From a virus: DNA of 64,000 nucleotides. Positions within the stretch are counted from its first letter, which is position 1. The number at the start of each line of letters is the position of its first letter. Both the position numbers and the translations under genes were made by a program. The notes under the pieces are model-generated. The model was not told the DNA's origin and ran no database searches. It saw only the letters and a list, made by a program, of their open reading frames with translations. Below, in pieces: positions 36,738 through 47,167 of the stretch. The stretch covers positions 3,659-67,658 of the IMG/VR virus record IMGVR_UViG_3300044691_000229; one strand, given 5' to 3'.

Positions 36738-39487
36738 GTTTTTGCCAGCGCTTTAACGGAGGTTGCGATCTGCACGTTCGAGATCGGCACGCGAGCCTCG
36801 AACTCGAATTGCCACGTCTCGTATTTGAACCCAGATAGAATGCGAAGAAGCTCCTGCGGTGAGCGTATCTCGCGCACGGTAACCAGGTTCATCGAGTTCG
36901 ACATCTGGTCGCCATACCCAGCGAACACCCGCACGAAGCCATAGCGATCGGCAGGAAGCGTGTTCCAGAACGGATCGGTCGTGGCGTTCTCCGCACGCTT
37001 CGCGTTCAGCGCGGGAGTACCAGGCGGGATCGTGAACCAGATACGCATCACCTCGAAGTTCTTTTTGGCCTTCTGCTGGAACAGCTTCGATCTCCACTTG
37101 TACGTTTGCATGACCGAGGCCGGGTCGGTGAAGTCGTAATAGTAGACCGCGTTGTTCTGGATCACGAGGCAGACACTGGACCACGGGTCCAACCTCACGT
37201 TGTCGACGTTGAAGCCGTTAGGAGCGTTCAGCTGGTTGAAGCCCAGCCGATGCCCACCCGGCTGCGGCCAGATACTGAACGACTGACTGTCAGCCGCGTT
37301 GAGCTCGATCGTGAACCCCCGCTGTGCAACGCTGGTATCGCCATTCCGAGTGCATCCCAGGGCGAAGTAACTGGACACGAGAAACACGCACCGCAGGTTT
37401 TTCTGCGGTGTGAGCTGCTGCCATTTCTCTCGTGTGATCCACAGCTCCGACGTGTTGGTGACTGCGCCATACTGCGTCACGAGGACCAGCCCGTTTGGCG
37501 AGGCATAATAGACACCGTCGTTGTTTCCCCAGATCGAGCCGCGCGAGTGGCACGGCTCGCTGGTCTGAACTTTGGTCGCGCTCATCGTGCCCGGTGCGGT
37601 GCCAGTCGCAATGTGCGGGGCACCGCTCGTGCACGCGACAACGCTGTTGCCCGTGATGCCGAGCCCTATGATCGGGTACTCCGTCGTGATGACGTATGAG
37701 GGTGGCCACGCGTGCGGCCGGTACGGCTCGCAGAACCAAATCTCGTTCGCGCGCCAGCCAACCGCCATGCCGTTGGGCATGGAGATAATCCCCTGCAGGT
37801 CCTCCGGCGGAGGAAACCACAGCTGTGACTGTAGCTGCGGGTTGATGACCACCGCGGTATCGTCGATCACGTCGCTGTAGGTCGCCGTGTGCACGTCCAG
37901 ATCAGCAGACTGGACCTGAAAATAGGTGGTAGGCCCAGCGGTCGCGGTGAGGGACCTGTAGAGCCTGATCTTCGTGATGTTGCGCGTGATGCCTAGCTGA
38001 TCGGGCGGCGGCTGGAACAGCGAGATCGTCCAGGTGCCGTTGCTCCAGCCGGTCACAACAGTCGCCGGGGAGGGCGGGCTCTCCTCGCCATAGGCCGTGA
38101 TGTACGTGTAGACATAGGAGCGCGCCTCCTGCACGGCAGAAGACGTCAGATCGCCCCACAGCTGCAGATCGGGAAAGCCGACCTGGAGGTTGTTGATCGC
38201 CGGCGGAGGCCCGTTCGAGAAAGTGTTCAAGGAGACCACGCCAGCGGAGCCGGTCGTGTCTGCTTCCTGGATGTTGATCGCCGTGTCGATCATGATGCCG
38301 ATCCAATACTGGACGTTCATCAGGAGACCGGTCGGGTTCAGGAACGCGCTCGATGCGTTGACCCCGGCAGTGACGCCGTTCACTGGGGCGCCAACATTGA
38401 GAAGCTGGTGTGGCGACCCGTTCAAGTCGTTATAGACCACAGCGGCGAAGTTCGCACCTGCGGTGCTTTGGGGGAGGAACGTGACGTCGTTCAGGATCAT
38501 CGCCCCCGACGGCGTGACGGGGATCAGATAGACTATATTGGCTCCCGGGTTACCGGTAGCCGAGGTGGACGCGGTGGGAAACCCAAGGGTAACGGCGGAG
38601 CCGCCGCCCGTGACTGAGACGCCCGGCGAACACCCGGGCGCGGGGACGCCGAGGAGCCACGCTGGTTGGGCGGCCTGGATGCGGGCTCGGGTGTTATACT
38701 GCGGAGCCAGACTTGGGCTGGCAAAGTAGAAGCGGTCAAAAGTGTCATTGACAACTGGAGACCGCATGACATCAGTGTCGGGATCAGCAAATTCCAACCA
38801 GACAGAAGCTCCAGTGATGGAGGCATCGAAGGCCAGATTGGTGCCGCCTTGGAAGGAGACCGTCGCGACGCCGTTGTAGCGCCACACGAGGCGGGTGCCG
38901 CCCGTGTTGTCAGCGACAAGCGTCGTATTAAAGGCAGCTCCGCTGGAGGGAGCAAATACCTCGATACGTGGAATATCGGTCGCAAGGATATTCGTCGTGA
39001 TCGGAGAAGTCTGGTCAATCGCCGGGTTAGCGACGGTGCCGATACCGTAGTTGGTTCCTGCATTGGTGTTCTGTCCGTTGTCAACTGTGAACGCCTGGAA
39101 CAGGTTTGTTACCGCCACGGTAACAGATGCGCCAATCAACACGTCGTAGGCGGCACCGATCACTGTCCGAAATGTGTATACTTCTTCCCCCAGCGTGACC
39201 TGGTCCCCGTCGAGCGGGATCGAGAGAGCATAGACAATGGCGTTCGCGATGTTCTGCGTGGTGAGCGGCAGGCGGTAGGCGAATTTCGAGGTGTTGCTTT
39301 TGAGGGTGTAGAGCAGCTTGGGCGTGCGCCATCCCGCCAGCCCGCCGCTAAACAGATACCCGTTCAGAGATGACGCAGCTTGACCTTGCGGGATGAGATG
39401 GTCATCCCATGCCGGCAACATCCCGCCGAACTGCTCCAGCTTGAAGCTGTCTGAAGCTCCCGGGTCCTCTGGTCGTGCTGCGGCCAT
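36734..39487 (-). CDS. Tail stabilisation/tubular protein (nozzle-like)
   Basis: 917 aa; FGGM.P, YVYTY.T.YGEES.PS, FCEPY.PHAWP, YKWRSKLF patterns of podoviral tail proteins. Confidence 0.7.
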   Translation of the reverse strand: MAAARPEDPGASDSFKLEQFGGMLPAWDDHLIPQGQAASSLNGYLFSGGLAGWRTPKLLYTLKSNTSKFAYRLPLTTQNIANAIVYALSIPLDGDQVTLGEEVYTFRTVIGAAYDVLIGASVTVAVTNLFQAFTVDNGQNTNAGTNYGIGTVANPAIDQTSPITTNILATDIPRIEVFAPSSGAAFNTTLVADNTGGTRLVWRYNGVATVSFQGGTNLAFDASITGASVWLEFADPDTDVMRSPVVNDTFDRFYFASPSLAPQYNTRARIQAAQPAWLLGVPAPGCSPGVSVTGGGSAVTLGFPTASTSATGNPGANIVYLIPVTPSGAMILNDVTFLPQSTAGANFAAVVYNDLNGSPHQLLNVGAPVNGVTAGVNASSAFLNPTGLLMNVQYWIGIMIDTAINIQEADTTGSAGVVSLNTFSNGPPPAINNLQVGFPDLQLWGDLTSSAVQEARSYVYTYITAYGEESPPSPATVVTGWSNGTWTISLFQPPPDQLGITRNITKIRLYRSLTATAGPTTYFQVQSADLDVHTATYSDVIDDTAVVINPQLQSQLWFPPPEDLQGIISMPNGMAVGWRANEIWFCEPYRPHAWPPSYVITTEYPIIGLGITGNSVVACTSGAPHIATGTAPGTMSATKVQTSEPCHSRGSIWGNNDGVYYASPNGLVLVTQYGAVTNTSELWITREKWQQLTPQKNLRCVFLVSSYFALGCTRNGDTSVAQRGFTIELNAADSQSFSIWPQPGGHRLGFNQLNAPNGFNVDNVRLDPWSSVCLVIQNNAVYYYDFTDPASVMQTYKWRSKLFQQKAKKNFEVMRIWFTIPPGTPALNAKRAENATTDPFWNTLPADRYGFVRVFAGYGDQMSNSMNLVTVREIRSPQELLRILSGFKYETWQFEFEARVPISNVQIATSVKALAKT
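39109..39123. repeat. Dispersed palindrome copy TTACCGCCACGGTAA
   Basis: Perfect arms; coding (VTVAVT). Confidence 0.95.
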
Positions 39488-39494
39488 CTATCCC

Positions 39495-39950
39495 TCATGC
39501 GTCTTTCCCGAACGCCCCGAGTTTCCCCGTAACAGGGTCCGGAACGCGGTCGCCAGGACGATAGGCCGGAGTAGTAAACCCTTCCTTGGGGTCGGCCGGC
39601 GGGACCGGACGGGACGCCTGCTGAGCCTCTGCCTTCTGCTGCGCGCGGCGGCCGGCTTCGAGCTCTTCCTCCAGCGCTGACATCTGGCGCTCGGTACGGG
39701 GCGGCGGAACGTATTCCTTGGGCTTGCTGCGCGCGGCATGCTGGCGCAAACCCTCCAGAAGCGCTTCGCGGCCCTGCGCGGCGAGGCCTATAACCGAGAC
39801 CGGCTCTTGGGATGCACCTTGCTCGTTTTGGAGCTCGATCAGCTTGCGCGCCCTAACGGCGTTTTCTTCCTCCGCCGCTGCTAGTTGCTTCGCCGTCGGC
39901 CCGATCAGTTCCGCTGATGCTTCCGGGCTCTTGTCCTGAACTGCTTCCAT
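39495..39950 (-). CDS. Hypothetical protein (MEAVQDK...)
   Basis: RBS AGGAG; an upstream GTG at 40016 is possible. Confidence 0.65.
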   Translation of the reverse strand: MEAVQDKSPEASAELIGPTAKQLAAAEEENAVRARKLIELQNEQGASQEPVSVIGLAAQGREALLEGLRQHAARSKPKEYVPPPRTERQMSALEEELEAGRRAQQKAEAQQASRPVPPADPKEGFTTPAYRPGDRVPDPVTGKLGAFGKDA

Positions 39951-40066
39951 TGTCTTCTCCTGAGAATGCGCGTTGGGTTCCGCCACGGGCAGCGCGATTG
40001 GCTCCGTGGTCGGCACGTTGAGAGTGCCCTTCAGTGAAAGGCGGTGTTTGTTCTTGTTTGACACGC

Positions 40067-40252
40067 CTACCGGCCACGGTTGTGGTTGATCTTGGCGGCG
40101 GTCTTGACGAGGTTCGCCTGCTTCGCCGTCTTGCCAGAATGCGGCTTTGCAGCGTAGGCCTCCGTGCTCATGCCAGCTTTCTTGGCCTTTGCCTTGAACT
40201 GGCCATGCGAATTGGCGAACGCTTTTTCCATCCAATGGGGGTCGTTGGCCAT
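40067..40252 (-). CDS. Small basic protein
   Basis: W...A....G.F..KAKKAG...KQANL pattern. Confidence 0.6.
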   Translation of the reverse strand: MANDPHWMEKAFANSHGQFKAKAKKAGMSTEAYAAKPHSGKTAKQANLVKTAAKINHNRGR

Positions 40253-40485
40253 CAGAGTGTCTCCTTCTCCGGTTCTTTCTCACACGAGAACTTGACGGTG
40301 ACGCGACCTTCGTTCGACGCGATGAACTTGTCCAGTTCTTGTTTCGCCTCCACCCCGTCGGTGGTGTCAAAGAAGTTCATGCAGGCTTCTTCAGTCGGAA
40401 AGACTACTTTATTCCGCATATGGCCGATTTCGTCGGCTGGTTGTCCGTTGACGACAGCGAAAAGGATAGCGATCAGCTTGAACAT
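40252..40485 (-). CDS. Hypothetical exported protein (MFKLIAIL...)
   Basis: Hydrophobic N-terminus, two Cys; RBS GGAG. Confidence 0.6.
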   Translation of the reverse strand: MFKLIAILFAVVNGQPADEIGHMRNKVVFPTEEACMNFFDTTDGVEAKQELDKFIASNEGRVTVKFSCEKEPEKETL

Positions 40486-40486
40486 T

Positions 40487-40930
40487 TTACTCTCCAGCTT
40501 TGTTGCGATTGAAGTACATATGGCCAACGCTTGCCACGGTTCCAGCACCGAAAATGCCGGCAAGGATAACGCCAGCCCATGTGCCAACGATGCCAGTAAT
40601 CTCTGGGGTGAACCCGTACACGCCGTACAACCACTTACAGACGATGTTGTCCCAGATGACGACCTTCCACTCGTAGACGATCCACGGAGCGGCAAAGCCA
40701 CCGACAAGCCACATCAAAAACTTGCTCTGCGATACCGTGCTGAGGAACGCGACGCGCACCTGTCCCTCGGCAACGATGCCAGTCACCAGCTGCTTCGCCA
40801 CGTTGACGTCTCCGCCAATGCGTGCGGTGGTGAGCTGAACCTTCGCGTTATAATAGGCGTTCGTGAAGTTGTTGATCCCGCCCATGATAGCCGGGACAGC
40901 CTGGAAGAACGCAAGGATCGCAGTGATCAT
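40487..40930 (-). CDS. Membrane protein, holin-like
   Basis: Several TM segments; in the lysis cluster. Confidence 0.5.
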   Translation of the reverse strand: MITAILAFFQAVPAIMGGINNFTNAYYNAKVQLTTARIGGDVNVAKQLVTGIVAEGQVRVAFLSTVSQSKFLMWLVGGFAAPWIVYEWKVVIWDNIVCKWLYGVYGFTPEITGIVGTWAGVILAGIFGAGTVASVGHMYFNRNKAGE

Positions 40931-41175
40931 TTGATCGACCCGTCCTCGTGATACTCGGCGCCGCGCCGGCGGAGTAGCTCGTTCATGACGTTGGAGAAGA
41001 TGACGTAATACATCATCCACTTTGGTTCCTTGAGGACCGGTGATAAGTCGACGCCCTGCAGGGCCAGCCACACGGACATCGCAATGACCTGCAGCCGCGA
41101 CCAGACGATGACATCGCTTCCGTGGAACGTACCGTAGAGGTACGCATATTCTTTCTTGATCCAGTCCAACATCAC
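40927..41175 (-). CDS. Small membrane protein
   Basis: Two hydrophobic segments next to the lysin. Confidence 0.55.
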   Translation of the reverse strand: MMLDWIKKEYAYLYGTFHGSDVIVWSRLQVIAMSVWLALQGVDLSPVLKEPKWMMYYVIFSNVMNELLRRRGAEYHEDGSIK

Positions 41176-41819
41176 GAGGTTGCCCTGTTGTGGATGACGA
41201 AGCCGACGATAGCGGCGACGGCCACTACGATAACGATGATCGCGACGGTCGTGTGGTTGGCGCCTGCAGCGTGAGCCGCCGCGCCGGCGGCCCCGGCCGA
41301 AGTGAGGACGACTGCCATCTTCTTGTGGACAGGGTGAACGACGGGAGCAGCAGTGGGAGCGGCGGGAGTTGCGGTCGAAACAAACCCACCGAACACGCGC
41401 TTCTGCGCCTCTGCCCAGTCAGCGTCGGGAGCTGGATACGTCTTACCCGCTTCGTGCCCAGCCTGCGCCTTGAGGAAACCGATCGCCAGCGGGCCGCGCC
41501 AGAACGTATCGTCCATGACTGTATCGCGGGTCATCCCAGGCACGCGCTGGAGGACGTAGGCGATATAGCTCTCGACGTGGTTATGTCCTGACCAGATCGC
41601 GATGGCGTCGGCGAAGCGCTTGTTCTTGTAGTTCGGCGAGGTGCGCCACAGGTCGAGCTGCGCGCAGATACCCTGCACGTAGGTCGGGAACACCGCGATG
41701 TTGTTGCCCTGTCCCAAACCATCGTGGAGCGTCACGGTATCCGTGGAGCCCCACTTCTTGGCAAGAGCGTTGCCCCACATAGCGCCGGGGTTCTTGTAGC
41801 GGATCGATGCTGGCTCCAT
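41172..41819 (-). CDS. Putative lysozyme-like endolysin with C-terminal TM segment
   Basis: SIRYKNPGAM, F.T...G..A, IAIWS, HEAG resemble the NNPGN-type lysozyme-like family. Confidence 0.6.
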   Translation of the reverse strand: MEPASIRYKNPGAMWGNALAKKWGSTDTVTLHDGLGQGNNIAVFPTYVQGICAQLDLWRTSPNYKNKRFADAIAIWSGHNHVESYIAYVLQRVPGMTRDTVMDDTFWRGPLAIGFLKAQAGHEAGKTYPAPDADWAEAQKRVFGGFVSTATPAAPTAAPVVHPVHKKMAVVLTSAGAAGAAAHAAGANHTTVAIIVIVVAVAAIVGFVIHNRATS

Positions 41820-41833
41820 TGGAGCCTCCTTGG

Positions 41834-42130
41834 TTACGCAGCCGGTGCGGCGGGGGCCGGAGCAGCGGGGGCGGGAGCCGGATTTACCGCCACGGTAACT
41901 GGGGGCTTCTCGGCCGGGGGCGGCATGGGCGCCAGTTTGTGGACCAGTGACGCCTGATAGTTCTTGACGTCGGCCAGGATGCCGCTCTCCACCGACTTCA
42001 ACCCTGTGCGAAGATCAGACGGGACGCCGCTAAACCAGTCCTTGATCTTCTGGCTGAAAACGAGCGTGGCGACAGAGACGGCGACATAGCCGGCGAGCGT
42101 CAAATCGACGTAGGATAGCAAACTGGACAT
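41834..42130 (-). CDS. Hypothetical membrane protein
   Basis: N-terminal TM segment, Pro/Ala tail. Confidence 0.6.
   Translation of the reverse strand: MSSLLSYVDLTLAGYVAVSVATLVFSQKIKDWFSGVPSDLRTGLKSVESGILADVKNYQASLVHKLAPMPPPAEKPPVTVAVNPAPAPAAPAPAAPAA
41884..41898. repeat. Dispersed palindrome copy TTACCGCCACGGTAA
   Basis: Perfect arms; coding (VTVAVN). Confidence 0.95.
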
Positions 42131-42143
42131 TGTGGTCTCCGAA

Positions 42144-42443
42144 TTAGGGGGCGACGATCCTGAACGCCATAGTGTCGTTCTTGATCTCCGATCGGCTGTC
42201 TACTGCTTGAACGTCAATAGTGAACACTTCGTTAGCAGAGCCGCCGGCGACCGTGAAAATAAGGCGCGTGTTCGATCCAACCGTTGGGGCGCCGATCACG
42301 ATGTCGGTGGGTTGTGGGCTGTTCTTCGGGTCGAGTATCACCGTCCCGCTAGTCAGGCTGGTACCTTCTTCCAGCCAGTTCGAGTAGTCTAGCTCGTAGC
42401 GAATTTTGTCGCCAGCGCTTTGAATTCTTTGTGCGATCAACAT
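42144..42443 (-). CDS. Fibre adaptor-like small beta protein (paralog of the fibre N-terminus)
   Basis: QSAGDKIRYELDYSNWL vs [17 protein letters not shown] in 42457..43938. Confidence 0.7.
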   Translation of the reverse strand: MLIAQRIQSAGDKIRYELDYSNWLEEGTSLTSGTVILDPKNSPQPTDIVIGAPTVGSNTRLIFTVAGGSANEVFTIDVQAVDSRSEIKNDTMAFRIVAP

Positions 42444-42456
42444 TTTCAGTCTCCTA

Positions 42457-43938
42457 TTATGCGCTACAGAATTCAGTGACGACGACGAGACCAGCCGCGC
42501 CGGCGCCGCCGGCCGCAGTCCCTCCACCACTAAACGATTGCCCGGCTCCGCCACCAGAACCAAACCCGCTTGCAGCACCACCAGCGGCAGAGGTGAGAGA
42601 GTATATGGAGATGCCACCGCTACCGAACATAGAAGATGCGCCGGCTCCGCCGACACCGGACGTATTACCGCCGGCAATGACGCAACCACTTGATCCTTGA
42701 GTTCCAGGGCCCGCAACATCGCCGGTACCCGCTACGCCGCCAGCACCACCAGACGCAGCTGGGTTGCTCGATCCGTTGCTACCTCCGCCACCGCTGCCGC
42801 CTTTGCCAATGCAAAGAGACCCAACAGACGTATCACCGCCCGCACCGCCGGCATTATTGCCCGCCGCGCCAGCAGCGCCAGCAGCGCCGATTGTCACGAC
42901 CTGAGAAGCGCCGACAAGTGCAGCTGTCGACGACTTTCTGGAATACCCTCCAGCACCTCCTCCGCCCGCAACGGAGGCAGTGTTTGTGGCCGGACTAGCG
43001 GTACCACCGCCACCACCGCCACCACCGAAGCACTCTATGGTGCACGAGACCATCTTCGTATTAGGTGTGTATGTCCCTGATACGGAGAACTTTTGGTACC
43101 TTACCACGCCGCCGACCGTCCCTGTTGCGCCAGTAGCTCCGGTCGGACCAGTGTTTCCCGTCGGGCCAGTTGCTCCAGCCGATCCTGCGGCGCCAGTCTG
43201 GCCAGTTACGCCCTGGATACCCTGCGCACCGGTCGGTCCAGTCACTCCCTGGATGCCTTGTGCTCCCGTCGGGCCCGCCACTCCCTGGATGCCTTGTGCT
43301 CCAGTGGGGCCAATTACGCCCTGAATACCCTGAGCACCAGTTGATCCTGTAGCGCCTGTTGCACCGCCTACTCCAGCGTTTCCGGTAGGCCCAGTTGCGC
43401 CCAGAACACCTGCCACTCCGCTAGGTCCGGTCGGCCCTGTCGCACCAGGCGAACCAACTCCTCCCGCAGGGCCTTGTCCTCCAGTCGGGCCTCCGGCGCC
43501 GGTAGGACCTGTCGCGCCAGCGCCAGTCGGGCCAGTACCTGTTGGACCTGTTGCGCCAGTGACCCCTGTAGCTCCATTCACGCCTCCTGGCCCGGTCGGA
43601 CCCAAGATAGAGAGCATCAACCCGACGTTGCCGGGGTTGGTAGTCGATCCGCCGTTGGTGACGATCGTAAAATTAACGTGATCGTTCCGAATTTCCCCGC
43701 GCGACGTCGACTGCACGAAGATCGCATTGAACACCGCGTTCAGCGCGCCGTTACTTACAAAATAATAAAATCCCCGCCTGGTGTAGTCGATCAGGATGCC
43801 ATCGCACACCGCGGAGCCGCTATCGATCGTCGCGGTCACCCCGGTGAGGGCTTCCCCATCGCCAAGCCAGCTGTCGCAATCCGCATGGTAGCGGATGCGA
43901 TCGCCGACGGACTGCACATAGGAGTTGAGCAACGGCAT
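42457..43938 (-). CDS. Collagen-like (Gly-X-Thr) tail fibre with Gly-rich C-terminal domain
   Basis: Long [12 protein letters not shown] repeats; GGGGGGG domain. Confidence 0.85.
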   Translation of the reverse strand: MPLLNSYVQSVGDRIRYHADCDSWLGDGEALTGVTATIDSGSAVCDGILIDYTRRGFYYFVSNGALNAVFNAIFVQSTSRGEIRNDHVNFTIVTNGGSTTNPGNVGLMLSILGPTGPGGVNGATGVTGATGPTGTGPTGAGATGPTGAGGPTGGQGPAGGVGSPGATGPTGPSGVAGVLGATGPTGNAGVGGATGATGSTGAQGIQGVIGPTGAQGIQGVAGPTGAQGIQGVTGPTGAQGIQGVTGQTGAAGSAGATGPTGNTGPTGATGATGTVGGVVRYQKFSVSGTYTPNTKMVSCTIECFGGGGGGGGTASPATNTASVAGGGGAGGYSRKSSTAALVGASQVVTIGAAGAAGAAGNNAGGAGGDTSVGSLCIGKGGSGGGGSNGSSNPAASGGAGGVAGTGDVAGPGTQGSSGCVIAGGNTSGVGGAGASSMFGSGGISIYSLTSAAGGAASGFGSGGGAGQSFSGGGTAAGGAGAAGLVVVTEFCSA

Positions 43939-43941
43939 GGG

Positions 43942-44067
43942 TTACTTCTTCGTTGGCACATAGATGACGCGATCCTGCGCCGGGATCATCACCACGCGAG
44001 AGCACGCCGGGATCATCACCGTGCGGCTCTGTGGGGGAATTACAATGACGATCGCGGCGTTGCTCAT
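43942..44067 (-). CDS. 41-aa protein of 9-residue RxVxIPxxx repeats, not in the ORF track
   Basis: MSNAAIVIVIPPQSRTVMIPACSRVVMIPAQDRVIYVPTKK; RBS GAGG; fills the gap. Confidence 0.6.
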   Translation of the reverse strand: MSNAAIVIVIPPQSRTVMIPACSRVVMIPAQDRVIYVPTKK

Positions 44068-44074
44068 GGTGCCC

Positions 44075-44857
44075 TCAACAAATCAGCGCAGATTTGCTCT
44101 GCGTGAACGCCGGGGCGCTCGGAGCCGCAAATGCCATCACGACGCCGTACCAATAGTTGTCGCTATAGTTCGTAGGCACAGTCACGGCGGCCTGCGTCGC
44201 TACGACATTCTTCGTCTGGACCATCGTGTGGTGCCCCGACGCACCGCCACCGTTAGCAATAGGACTGCCAGATATCTGTGCCCAGCCCGTCCCCGCGGAT
44301 GGCGTGGCGTCAGTCGTGGGGTTGTGGTTCGCGAAGAATGCGCAGAGAAGATCATTCGCGTTCGTTGTCGTCAGCCCGGCGACCTGCAAAGCGCTCGATG
44401 AGCCACTCGAATTTTTCTGTGTGATCGGGGTCGTCACGTTGCCGTCGAAGGGATTGTTGATGTCCGTAAGTCCTGAAACGCCGAACACGAACACCGAACC
44501 ATGGTTGACAAAGCCGTCGCCGCTCATTGTGGATGAAAACGTCACAGCAGATTGGGCAGTCGCAGCTGGGGCTGTGAAGATATCGATCGAGTGCGACGCT
44601 ACAGGGAAGCTGGCGTCTCCGGTGGCATCGCTATAGGTCCACGACACGTCATGGAAAATCCGCGTAAAAGTGAGGCCAGCAGCCGTGATCGCAGTGACCT
44701 GATTTATATCCGCAGCAGTGTTTTCACGGCTGGTGATGCATATGATCACTACCGTCCTGTTGGGGCCGCTGGTCGTGATACCGCTGCCTGAGCTAACCGG
44801 CGACGCCCCGCTACCGTTGTAGAAGCCTCCGGATACATTTTCAATTGCGGCGGCCAT
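44075..44857 (-). CDS. Virion structural protein (Ser/Thr-rich beta protein)
   Basis: TTTNANDLL, Thr/Ser-rich; in the tail block. Confidence 0.65.
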   Translation of the reverse strand: MAAAIENVSGGFYNGSGASPVSSGSGITTSGPNRTVVIICITSRENTAADINQVTAITAAGLTFTRIFHDVSWTYSDATGDASFPVASHSIDIFTAPAATAQSAVTFSSTMSGDGFVNHGSVFVFGVSGLTDINNPFDGNVTTPITQKNSSGSSSALQVAGLTTTNANDLLCAFFANHNPTTDATPSAGTGWAQISGSPIANGGGASGHHTMVQTKNVVATQAAVTVPTNYSDNYWYGVVMAFAAPSAPAFTQSKSALIC

Positions 44858-45690
44858 TAGCTTCTGAGCGCCTTAAGGTCGACGGTCACGCGCTGTATCG
44901 TGGTGACCGAGTTGACATTGAACCCCAAGATGTCTCCCGCGCTGACCGCAACGGTCCAGCCGCTCAGCGTGGCGTCTTGCGCCTTCAGAGCAGAGGAGAT
45001 GGTAGGCGGGGCCGACGCGGTGATCTTGTCAGCCACGGCAGGATGCGTGGGCGGGGCAAAGTTCGCGAAGTTGCACTTGAAGATGTCGACCACCACCGAG
45101 CCGGTCTGGTCGGCAAGCAGCGTCACTTGCTGTAGTGTGCAAGCGAAGTCGACCTGCAGATAGCCCTTGATGCCTGTCGTCAAGACCGAGCCGCCGCCGT
45201 CGATGACAAACTGCAGACCAGCGATTTGAGATGGACCGGTCGAGCCAGTGTTACCCGTCACGCCTGTTGCGCCCGTTGGTCCGGTCGGACCACCAGAGGG
45301 GCCAGTGTATCCCGTTACGCCGGTCGGACCCGTGCCGAGCGGGCCCGTTGGACCTACTGGGCCCCCAACGCCTTGGCCGCCGGTCGGACCGGTCGAGCCG
45401 ACGCCGGTAGGGCCTTGCGGACCTGCAACAGTAGACGCCGCGCCAGTGGACCCCTGGTTGCCCACAGGACCAGTGAAGCCAGTCTGGCCGCGCGGGCCAG
45501 TCATGCCGGTCGGACCGGTCGCGCCGGCGCCAGAGGGGCCAGTCGGACCGGTGAATGATGGCGCAGTCGGGCCAGTCGGACCCGTGGTGCCCGTGACACC
45601 CGTCGGGCCACCAGAAGGACCCGTGGGGCCGCCGACCAGAACAACCGGCTGCGCCATGATCGGGGCTGGAGAGATTACGGTAACGGTCAT
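44857..45690 (-). CDS. Collagen-like GPT-repeat protein with C-terminal beta domain
   Basis: ~130 aa of GPT repeats followed by VIDGGG...TG.KG...GSVVVDI. Confidence 0.85.
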   Translation of the reverse strand: MTVTVISPAPIMAQPVVLVGGPTGPSGGPTGVTGTTGPTGPTAPSFTGPTGPSGAGATGPTGMTGPRGQTGFTGPVGNQGSTGAASTVAGPQGPTGVGSTGPTGGQGVGGPVGPTGPLGTGPTGVTGYTGPSGGPTGPTGATGVTGNTGSTGPSQIAGLQFVIDGGGSVLTTGIKGYLQVDFACTLQQVTLLADQTGSVVVDIFKCNFANFAPPTHPAVADKITASAPPTISSALKAQDATLSGWTVAVSAGDILGFNVNSVTTIQRVTVDLKALRS

Positions 45691-45691
45691 T

Positions 45692-46063
45692 TTAGCTCTC
45701 CGTGATGCCCTGTTGGACTTCCAGCTCGCCCTGCATCAACCCCACGCGGATCGGCGGCGTTGAGCCGTCGAACATCACGAGATCGTAGACGTAGGTCGCG
45801 ACCGGCAGCACAGCGAGGATTGCGCTCTCCGGAACGTTCATGTGCAACACACGCTGCACGACATCGTCGACGATGATCGACCCGCCAGAGCTGGTCGCAG
45901 AGAAAAGCGCCGTCGCGTCATCCGCGCTGGCCTTCACCTCTAAGTGAAAACTCTGGCCCGTGAAACTCCAAGTCGTATCTCCGGGGACGCCGAACTGAAA
46001 CGCGTCGTTCCACGTCACGGTGTTCTTGATCGTGATGTCAACAATTGCGCATGTGTTGGCCAT
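45692..46063 (-). CDS. Virion structural adaptor-like protein
   Basis: YVYDLV...G.L.V..GIT pattern. Confidence 0.6.
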   Translation of the reverse strand: MANTCAIVDITIKNTVTWNDAFQFGVPGDTTWSFTGQSFHLEVKASADDATALFSATSSGGSIIVDDVVQRVLHMNVPESAILAVLPVATYVYDLVMFDGSTPPIRVGLMQGELEVQQGITES

Positions 46064-46746
46064 CAGAAGCTCCTCTCGTTGGCGCTACCGATCGCCGGGA
46101 CGCCGCTCTGTTGGCTGGCCGCACGGAACTGCTGAGGGAAGCGCCACGCCGAGGCGCCGTTGGTGTTGGCACGCAATTTAGAGGTGCGGGCCCGCGCGAT
46201 CGCATCGCGAAACCGTTTGAGGTGATAAGCGCTCTGCTTGTCGTTGGCGTAGGACTTGCCGGGCTGTGACAGCATCTTGCCAAGCAGCCCATCAAGAATG
46301 CCGACATGCCAGACCGGCAAGACCCACGAGGGCGCGATCGGCATCTGATGACGGTCAGTCGGCAGGGATACGTTCGTCACCACGGTGACCTGATAGTATC
46401 CAGAGACGTTCGGCGCCTGCATGAGAACAAGCGTGCCCAAGTCCGGCATCAACGCCGGAACAAACGATGTGTTAGGGTTCGGAACGATCGGTACTGGTGG
46501 AACGGTCGTTCCCCAGTCGCTGACGCCAATAAGCCGGATGATCTGCCCCTCTACTGGCTGGACCGGGTATGACTGAACTTGCGGCTGGTAGGGGACCGTC
46601 AGGTCTTGGGTCCAGCAGGAGCTGTCGTTGAAGAACTCGGTCAGCACCTCGTAGAGCTCACCCTTCAGGCCCGCGTCGGACGCACCGGTGAGCTTGATGC
46701 GCGCCTGGTTCATCAGCTGATCAAAATCCACTTGATTGATGGCCAT
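46063..46746 (-). CDS. Tail tubular / head-tail adaptor protein
   Basis: Position after the capsid; EFF...CW, I.DG.LG.M..QP.K.Y pattern. Confidence 0.6.
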   Translation of the reverse strand: MAINQVDFDQLMNQARIKLTGASDAGLKGELYEVLTEFFNDSSCWTQDLTVPYQPQVQSYPVQPVEGQIIRLIGVSDWGTTVPPVPIVPNPNTSFVPALMPDLGTLVLMQAPNVSGYYQVTVVTNVSLPTDRHQMPIAPSWVLPVWHVGILDGLLGKMLSQPGKSYANDKQSAYHLKRFRDAIARARTSKLRANTNGASAWRFPQQFRAASQQSGVPAIGSANERSF

Positions 46747-46749
46747 GGC

Positions 46750-47157
46750 TTACCCCACCGCCGGCTGCGGCATGACCGCGCTACGGCCGACCAGAATATT
46801 GTTGAATATCGCCATGAACTTCGCGGCGCGGTCGTCCTGGATGTCTTCCTGGTCGCGCTCCAGGGCGTGCGCGATGAGCCCGTGCAGGAACGCCAGCCGG
46901 AACGGCCCTTCGATCAAGACCTTGGAACCGTCGTTGAGCGGGAAGAACTGGACGCCTGAGGGAGCGTCGATCTTCTTGTTGTAGACGAAGAGATCGGCAC
47001 GGATACGCCGCCCCTCCAGGAGCGTCACGTTCATGGCCGTGAGTAAGCTAGTGTCGTCGTAACGGTACGGCTGGATCGTGTCCTGCAGGAGGACACGCGC
47101 GTCGTTGATATAGTCCGTGATCGTTTCGAGAGCGGAGGATGTCGTCACCGCGGCCAT
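46750..47157 (-). CDS. Head-tail adaptor-like protein
   Basis: I.DAR.LLQD...YRY.D..LL...N pattern. Confidence 0.6.
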   Translation of the reverse strand: MAAVTTSSALETITDYINDARVLLQDTIQPYRYDDTSLLTAMNVTLLEGRRIRADLFVYNKKIDAPSGVQFFPLNDGSKVLIEGPFRLAFLHGLIAHALERDQEDIQDDRAAKFMAIFNNILVGRSAVMPQPAVG

Positions 47158-47167
47158 AGGGCACCTC

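Noticed and set aside
43190-43340. 36-bp tandem DNA repeats in the fibre gene as a DGR or array
   Set aside because: Fully explained by collagen [12 protein letters not shown] repeats; no reverse transcriptase seen
45675-45689. TTACGGTAACGGTCA and other partial matches (e.g. near 34920, 36870, 54500) as palindrome copies
   Set aside because: Two or more arm mismatches or only a half site; not distinguishable from chance by eye
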